A stretch of 51,603 nucleotides of DNA from Macrostomum lignano (lineage: Eukaryota). Shown here piece by piece: positions 44,223-51,603 of the stretch (the first letter of the stretch is position 1; each line of letters opens with the position of its first letter). The stretch lies in assembly GCA_002269645.1 (NCBI GenBank), contig NIVC01004290.1:1-51603 (forward strand), given 5' to 3'. The notes under the pieces are model-generated. The model did not search any database. It was not told the origin of the DNA and saw only the letters and a program-made list of their open reading frames with translations. A program made the position numbers and the translations under genes.

Positions 44223-45344
44223 CCTGACGAAACCGGGGGTGAAGATGTGCAGTGACAGGGATTGATACTGAGTGGGATGATGCGCTTCTACGCTCGTAAA
44301 AGACATTTTTTGGAGTGAGGCAAGATTCTGTAAAATGTAAGGTGATATGCGGTTTAAAACATGAATTTTTTTCGTTGTGAATCAATAAGTGATGGTATGC
44401 TTTTGGAGCAACTAAGGGGTAAGAAGTCTGTGTGACTGGGGTGGGAAATTTGTTAGAGGCGATTCTGTGAACGATTACAAAAAGACTGGAAATACTGGAC
44501 TTAATTAACTGAATAAAGCTGCGCTTGTTAGTTTTTTTGATTGACGTTGTTTGAAAGCTATAATAAGAGTCTACATATTATTCTGCACAAAAGTTATTTT
44601 ATATTTTATCACCTATGCAGAAATATTTTCTTAATAATTTTCTGGAAAACACTGTACTATTACCAAGTAGACTATCGCAATGACCTTAGACTTTCATGTC
44701 GGTTTCGGGACCACTATTTTCGGGACCTCTATTGTAATCTGATGGAGAAAGTAAAACAAGGTGAAATTTGTTGTTTCAAACGACATTTTTTGTTATCGAC
44801 TTCCGCCCCACCTGGTGATTGTAGAGCTCGTATTTTAGTACATGAGCACATTGATTTTTGCTGTAAGTTTAATCAATTATCAACGCATAATACTGTGTGA
44901 TTATAATTTTTTTAATTTTTTACACCAGAGGAAATTCCAAAAGCACTTGGTGTCCTTGGCCTCGCTTGTTCTACTCCCAAGATATTAATATTTTTTATAG
45001 ATTTTGAAATCTATTTTATTGCACTTTGTAGGAAGTATTTTAACTTTCCAATACTAGTCTAGGGAGTGCAGTAAATCATTTTACTAATTATTGCATGCCG
45101 AAATTAATAATAAAGCGATCTTTAAAGCTATGAGAAACACGCCAGCAAAAAATATTATAAATGTAAGTCTTTAATACATTAATATTTACATAATTACTTA
45201 CAACATAATCATTTTATGAATAAAAATATAATAACTAAATGAAAAAAGGATTAAATATTTAAACAACAATTACACGTTTTTTTCAATTAAATATTATATA
45301 ATACCGTACCTGATTACATAATTTAAGTCGGCTCAATTGACAAC

Positions 45345-45459
45345 GGGCCCGTTCTAAAATCCATCGTAAGATAAGATCGTTCTTAGCTCCTATCTCCACA
45401 GTGTAAAAGTTCCGACGTACGATCGGACTTACGCTACGACAGCTTTATAGTACGACCCC
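45345..45459. mobile_element. 115-bp TIR MITE, copy 1 (PIF/Harbinger-like)
   Basis: 5' end GGGCCCGTTCTA versus reverse complement of the 3' end GGGGTCGTACTAT. Flanked by AAC/AAC (or CAAC/CAAC). A second copy is at 46795. Confidence 0.7.
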
Positions 45460-45496
45460 AACTTACTTACCTTAACAAACCGAGAAACTCTGGAGC

Positions 45497-47610
45497 TGTG
45501 AGCGTCGTGATGAAGTATTTTTTAACAAATGAAATTCATTTACGAGCCGCTAAGATCCCATGTCTAGGGACATTTTGTACAGTATGCTCACTGACTGAAA
45601 GTGCAGCGCAAAGTATAATTAAAAACACCCAGCTTCTGATGAGACGAGCTAAAGGCTGCTGCTCAAAATCAAGACTGGAATTCAATTCTTAACTGGCGAC
45701 GACGGCTGGTCTTATGGAACCTCTGATGACAGAAGCTCCCAGCGAAAATTGAACATCGGTTCCAACACTTCGAAGCAGTGTCCAAACTGAGCAAGTGGGA
45801 TGACAATTCGTTCAGAACTTTGCCCTCATTGCACACCTCGGCAAGAAGGCCCTCGAACTGCTGGCGAATGCACTCTTACCGGAGAAGTGGGAAAGAAAGA
45901 GCTACGCTGCTCTGAGAACCGTACGAAACGAACCTAGGAGACGAATGCGGCAAAATCCTTTATTACGCGTTCCATCACCTTAAGCAGGACGACGGCGAAG
46001 ACATTTCTGCCTATGCAAGAAGGCTCCGGCTAGGCGCGGAGAACTGCGGTTTCACAAGTGCAAAACTTAGTGACCGCCTATGGTACGAATTTACCCTCCG
46101 CCTGTTGAACAAGGAAATCATCAAAAAATCTCTCACGGGGAAACTGCAGGGAATGACATGGGACAAAGTGGAGGATCGTTGTGGAAGCAGCAGGATAAAT
46201 ATACATGTATATAGTAGTCAATGGGACAAAATCAAGATGATACTGGATACCGCGGGTCGTCATCAACGCTCGTGCTAAGCTCGGTGTTTCAGAGCCTATC
46301 CAACCCAGCAGAGGTGAGGTCCACAACCATACAATTCGCTGCGTACCAAGGGGACCCAGTGCTAGTAAATGGCAACTGTGAACGCCAAGCTGAACTGTGT
46401 GAGTTTTGACCTAATGCTCCGTGTAGTGGACAATCCGGATACAGAATCGATCTAGACTGGATTGCTGTCCTTGAGCCAGATCTCTACACTTATTACAAAA
46501 TTCACGCTGCCAGAAGACGGTTCTAACTCGGCAGCAAAGTGCACAGTAAGAAAATTTGCTGCATCAATTGAATCGGGAGCAAAGCCCATCTATTTTTTTA
46601 ACTTCGGCAAATTCCATACGGGACTCAAGACGATGTCAAAGCCGAGTTAAAGAGAATGCAAGAGGCTGAGCAGCTCCAGAAGGTGGAATCCAGCGAGTGG
46701 GCTACACCTATCGTCTGTGTTTAGAAGCAGTCTGGGAAAAGTCCGGATTTTTGGTGACTAAAAGGTTACCCTCAACCCACTGCTGAAAGACATGGGGGCC
46801 CGTTCTATGAAGTCATCGTAAGATAAGATCGTTCTTAGCTCCTATCTCCGCAGTGAAAAAGTTCCGACGTACGATCGAACTTACGCTACGACACCCCACC
46901 CCATGGTGTCTACAACGCCTACGACAAATGACGGAGTGCTATCGAAACTAGGTCGTGCCCGTCAATTTTCTAAATTAGAGGGCTGACGTGAAGCAACCTT
47001 CAGAGCTGCGTCGATCGGTTTCTGCTTCGCCTTCAATACCGGATTTCAGACACTCAACAACACAACAGGAAAATCGCCCTTTGGGCTGATGAGAGGATAT
47101 CTGATCCGCGCCCCAAAATTCCTCCTCTTCCAGAATTAGAAATGATATGACTAAATGGAAGTCTGGTGAAGTGGTGGCAACAGAAGGAAATGTCGTGGTC
47201 GATGTTGAACTGTAGGACCGAAGGCGCAGACACTACGATCGTGAACAAACAAAATCGAAAATTTCCGGTTTTTATGACCTGATGGAGGCGGAGACGGTAG
47301 AACATACTTAACAATGATCCGGTCTTCGCAGGAGTCAACGCCATGGACGAGTACCAGGGTGACTGAATTATCACAAGCTGGATTGCCGACCTAAATGTAA
47401 ACTAACGGGAAGGAGTGTTAGCGTTGTGATGAACTTTTATTTATTTAGCGAATGCACTTTATTTACAAACCGGCAACGGCTGAGATCCAATGTATATAGA
47501 AATTTTGTACAGTATGTTCAAAGAGCAGAACAATATCATTTAAGAAAACAATGATTCTCTTCCTTTCCAAGAGGACAAAACCGGTGGCTCTCGCACCGAA
47601 ATCCCGGTTT
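45497..47610 (+). mobile_element. Decayed, internally deleted Ty3/gypsy LTR retrotransposon
   Basis: 5' LTR from TGTGAGCGTCGTGATGAA (45497) aligns with 3' LTR TGTTAGCGTTGTGATGAA (47416), and further at TTTTGTACAGTATG. PBS-like TGGCGACGA at 45694 and PPT GGGAAGGAG at 47407-47415. Fragmentary gag (LKQDDGEDISAYARRLRLGAENCGF), RT start (ESSEWATPIV, GD*KVTLNPLLK) and integrase end (TTGKSPFGLMRG). 3' boundary approximate. Confidence 0.85.
46795..46902. mobile_element. TIR MITE copy 2, inserted in the gypsy RT remnant, with rearranged 3' end
   Basis: About 95 bp aligns closely to copy 1; flanked by ATG/ATG (or ATGG/ATGG); interrupts RT directly after KVTLNPLLKD. Confidence 0.75.
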
Positions 47611-50600
47611 CGATTCCGCTTTGATCGAGCTTGAGCACAAAAATTTTCTAGAGGCTTGTCAGAAGATTTGAAAGTCAAGGTCAACTGCTGCAATTGGACT
47701 GGTGTTCATACAACCACAAAGCTGATTGTTTTAGCACAAATTAGAGAACACAATTTTTCACCTCGTATTTTATTAATGTGCAACAGAAAATGACAGAAAT
47801 ATATTCTTTTGCATTATGCTACTCGTAATTATATTAAAATAAAAAACTGGTTGCTTTTTTATTTTTCATTTTAATAGGACAATTATAGCGAAGTAGATAT
47901 ATGAATATGTTAATAAGTAATAGAGACACTGTGCAGTCGTAATCACAGTAATTAGATATAGTTGATGAAGCAGCTAGTACATCCATATATTATAATAATT
48001 TGTACTGTTTAATAGTACAGAGAGGGGGCACAATGCGACCAAGAGGGCTTGCCGCAATCAGCATCTGAATAAATCCAATACAAATAGTGGGACAATAAAG
48101 AAGTTATTCTGCCAATTGGCGAGTCTACCCCTCGCAACGAACACTGTCAGTTAATGTACTTAATTATAAATTCTGCATTTATACCAGTAGTACGCATATA
48201 TAAGGTCTGTACACAGAATATGAAGATATAGAGCAGAAATAAATAGATAAATCGTTACCAGTACCAGAGACCGGCGCAATTTTATTCATCTTCATATTTA
48301 TTTTTATAACTAAAATTGTAAGAAAGAAGCTTTAGATACTACTTATTACTAAACCCAAACAAAGTAGGAGCGAAGAAATCTTATTATCCTCAAGATAACA
48401 ATATAAGATAATCGTAATCGTCCAAAGGATATTCATAGCTGATGAACAAACAACAAATCAATTTTGAAAAACTGTTTAGGAAAAAAACTTCTGTTTTTGC
48501 AGAATAAAGCTACAAATATTTTAACAGAGAAATTATATAAAAATAGTAGCAATATATTGGATAAATATTGGAATACGGGAAATTAAAGAGCAGTTCAACA
48601 GAAAAATGGATTCATTGAATTTTCTCTTTTTTTTCTATTTCTTGTACAATCCGAACTAATTAGTCAGTTTTATTGTAACTCTCGAGTAGTCAAGGTTTCA
48701 ACTATTGACAAACTAAAAAACAAATAAACAGAAAGCGCGCCGCCAACCTTCTCTTCTCTCAGTCTCCAAATCTGTTTGGTCTCAACCAAGAAGTGCTGCT
48801 GCTTCTGCTTAGCCTTCCTGACCAAAGTCGTTCGTAAACTTCTTCAACTGTTCGAGATCTTCGTCATTAACAGTGGGCTTGGTTCGGCTAAGACTGAGCA
48901 GCACGTCCTGCATAGTCATCATCGGCTCCAGCAGCTTGTCGCCTTCGATGTCGGTCCAGGACATTTCGATAGCGCCAGGCTCGCCCGGGCTGCACGGAGT
49001 CAGCAGGTCGTGCACGATCACGCCTGGATCTTTGCGGGAAGGCCCGGAGACGCGCTTGAAATGAGTGGCGTTTTGCACTTTGCGCACGGGCATCATTAGG
49101 GCGTCGCGAACCACTATGGAGATATCGGCGCCCGAGTAGCCAATGCATATTTAGCGAATGCACTTTATTTACAAACCGGCAACGGCTGAGATCCAATGTA
49201 TATAGAAATTTTGTACAGTATGTTCAAAGAGCAGAACAATATCATTTAAGAAAACAATGATTCTCTTCCTTTCCAAGAGGACAAAACCGGTGGCTCTCGC
49301 ACCGAAATCCCGGTTTCGATTCCGCTTTGATCGAGCTTGAGCACAAAAATTTTCTAGAGGCTTGTCAGAAGATTTGAAAGTCAAGGTCAACTGCTGCAAT
49401 TGGACTGGTGTTCATACAACCCACAAAGCTGATTGTTTTAGCACAAATTAGAGAACACAATTTTTCACCTCTTTTTTTATTAATGTGCAACAGAAAATGA
49501 CAGAAATATATTCTTTTGCATTATGCTACTCGTAATTATATTAAAATAAAAAACTGGTTGCTTTTTTATTTTTCATTTTAATAGGACAATTATAGCGAAG
49601 TAGATATATGAATATGTTAATAAGTAATAGAGACACTGTGCAGTCGTAATCACAGTAATTAGATATAGTTGATGAAGCAGCTAGTACATCCATATATTAT
49701 AATTTTTGTACTGTTTAATAGTACAGAGAGGGGGCACAATGCGACCAAGAGGGCTTGCCGCAATCAGCATCTGAATAAATCCAATACAAATAGTGGGACA
49801 ATAAAGAAGTTATTCTGCCAATTGGCGAGTCTACCCCTCGCAACGAACACTGTCAGTTAATGTACTTAATTATAAATTCTGCATTTATACCAGTAGTACG
49901 CATATATAAGGTCTGTACACAGAATATGAAGATATAGAGCAGAAATAAATAGATAAATCGTTACCAGTACCAGAGACCGGCGCAATTTTATTCATCTTCA
50001 TATTTATTTTTATAACTAAAATTGTAAGAAAGAAGCTTTAGATACTACTTATTACTAAACCCAAACAAAGTAGGAGCGAAGAAATCTTATTATCCTCAAG
50101 ATAACAATATAAGATAATCGTAATCGTCCAAAGGATATTCATAGCTGATGAACAAACAACAAATCAATTTGAAAAACTGTTTAGGAAAAAAACTTCTTTT
50201 TTGCAGAATAAAGCTACAAATATTTTAACAGAGAAATTATATAAAAATAGTAGCAATATATTGGGATAAATATTGGAATACGGGAAATTAAAGAGCAGTT
50301 CAACAGAAAAATGGATTCATTGAATTTTCTCTTTTTTTTCTATTTCTTGTACAATCCGAACTAATTAGTCAGTTTTATTGTAACTCTCGAGTAGTCAAGG
50401 TTTCAACTATTGACAAACTAAAAAACAAATAAACAGAAAGCGCGCCGCCAACCTTCTCTTCTCTCAGTCTCCAAATCTGTTTGGTCTCAACCAAGAAGTG
50501 CTGCTGCTTCTGCTTAGCCTTCCTGACCAAAGTCGTTCGTAAACTTCTTCAACTGTTCGAGATCTTCGTCATTAACAGTGGGCTTGGTTCGGCTAAGACT

Positions 50601-50844
50601 GAGCAGCACGTCCTGCATAGTCATCATCGGCTCCAGCAGCTTGTCGCCTTCGATGTCGGTCCAGGACATTTCGATAGCGCCAGGCTCGCCCGGGCTGCAC
50701 GGAGTCAGCAGGTCGTGCACGATCACGCCTGGATCTTTGCGGGAAGGCCCGGAGACGCGCTTGAAATGAGTGGCGTTTGCACTTTGCGCACGGGCATCAT
50801 TAGGGCGTCGCGAACCACTATGGAGATATCGGCGCCGAGTAGCC
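47442..50844. repeat. Tandem duplication of about 1.7 kb: 47442-49141 and 49148-50844, separated by a 6-nt spacer
   Basis: Identical ORFs at an offset of 1705-1706; only a handful of differences, mostly in homopolymers. Confidence 0.97.
48809..49141 (-). pseudogene. VPS4: 5'-truncated duplicate of the VPS4 last exon, lacking a splice acceptor
   Basis: Reads cleanly [31 protein letters not shown]...[10 protein letters not shown]; begins about 23 nt inside the exon. Confidence 0.8.
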
Positions 50845-50864
50845 CACGTGCGATTGGCCAGGTC
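50514..50864 (-). CDS. VPS4: VPS4 AAA ATPase terminal exon (beta domain and C-terminal helix); the gene continues beyond the window end
   Basis: Acceptor CCCGCCGCAG|GAC at 50865; [50 protein letters not shown]. Three apparent 1-nt deletions: two relative to the duplicate, one inferred just upstream of the duplicated segment. Confidence 0.92.
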   Translation of the reverse strand, partial: DLANRTWATRRRYLHSGSRRPNDARAQSANATHFKRVSGPSRKDPGVIVHDLLTPCSPGEPGAIEMSWTDIEGDKLLEPMMTMQDVLLSLSRTKPTVNDEDLEQLKKFTNDFGQEG

Positions 50865-51409
50865 CTGCGGCGGGGTTCGGGTTGTTGCTGCTGCTGCGGC
50901 TCTCATTGCATCCGACTAGGGTACATCTCATTTAGAGTAGATGTAGAAGGGCGGGTACTAGAATTTGCAGATCTCATCCCAGAATGACAGATCTCATATC
51001 ATCTTAGAAAGATCCTGAGATAGATTTCAGACTAACAGGACAGAGGGGTGCTGTAGCCCAGTGATCTGGCGCGCGCGCTCTTATGTGCCAGCGGCCCAGA
51101 CTCGATTTCAAGTGCAGTCACGTTAATTTGGGGCTAATTGGAATCTCGGCTTGGCTCTGCTCGTGCAATTAACGCCCTATGAGGGCCAACCCCAAGGCAC
51201 AGTGAAGTGTACATGCTAACGATAAATAAAGTTAGGGCGCGCTGTACTCTCCTGTGGGTTGCCTGTGCGTATGACTGCGTACGTATCCGCGCGCTTGTGC
51301 TGCCGCTCAGGGAGTCGGCGGAATGGGCAGTAATGCCTCTCGCCGGTTGTGTGACAATGTCGCTTAAAGTGCGCCAGGGTGCACAAAGCCCCGAACTAAT
51401 AAAAACGTA

Positions 51410-51603
51410 TCTGATGTTAGCAGATCTCACCCATAATGGCAGATCTCTTTTAGAATTGGCAGATTTCACCCCAAAATGGCCAATCTCACCCATATGACAG
51501 ATCTCATCCAAATGGCAAGATCTCATCTAAAATGGCAGATCTCATCTTAGAATGGCAGATCTCATCTTAAAATGGCAGATCTCATCTTAGAATAGCAGAT
51601 CTC
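51410..51603. repeat. 20-bp minisatellite (AAATGGCAGATCTCATCTTA) in the VPS4 intron, running off the window end
   Basis: Period 20 visible at 51541-51600. Confidence 0.88.

Noticed and set aside
43473-44306. Long antisense ORFs over the GPCR, FAT, MICU and MAST exons
   Set aside because: Shadow ORFs expected from GC-rich codon usage; no motifs
45345-46902. The ~95-bp direct repeats as LTRs of the retroelement
   Set aside because: No TG..CA ends, each copy has TIRs and a TSD, the second interrupts RT, and the true LTRs are at 45497 and 47416
47442-49141. VPS4 duplicate as a processed retrocopy
   Set aside because: No poly(A) tail or TSD, and its end is continuous with the gypsy 3' LTR, indicating DNA-level duplication
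51047-51110. tRNA-like head (TAGCCCAGTG ... GACTCGATT)
   Set aside because: Too degenerate to fold as a tRNA or call a SINE without copy evidence

Overview
Eukaryotic (metazoan) genomic DNA. GC-rich exons with polyQ/polyA/polyG tracts and introns packed with minisatellites resemble the flatworm Macrostomum, but this is an inference from sequence style only. Eight genes can be supported: (1) the 3' end of a FAT1-type giant cadherin (+, LamG-4xEGF-TM-intracellular domain, broken by at least 7 frame changes); (2) protein phosphatase inhibitor-2 (PPP1R2, -); (3) a 121-aa four-TM claudin-like orphan (+); (4) a secreted antistasin-like Cys-rich protein with an in-frame TGA (+); (5) a MAST kinase of about 18 kb (+, DUF1908-kinase-PDZ) whose exons can be joined in phase; (6) a MICU2/3-like EF-hand gene nested antisense in a MAST intron; (7) a class A peptide-type GPCR (+); (8) the last exon of VPS4 (-), with a 1.7-kb tandem duplicate of its 3' end. 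Mobile DNA comprises a decayed, internally deleted Ty3/gypsy element with diverged LTRs, two copies of a ~110-bp TIR MITE, a tRNA-derived SINE with an (AACT)n tail, and a probable hAT MITE. About 20 distinct tandem repeats fill the introns, and most long ORFs over them are artefacts. No rRNA, intact tRNA or CRISPR array was found. I see no clear novel multi-gene system. The best leads are the nested MICU gene with a degenerate EF-hand, AP-1 and splice-like motifs shared by unrelated intronic minisatellites, the antistasin TGA, the minimal tetraspan, and the VPS4 duplication junction.
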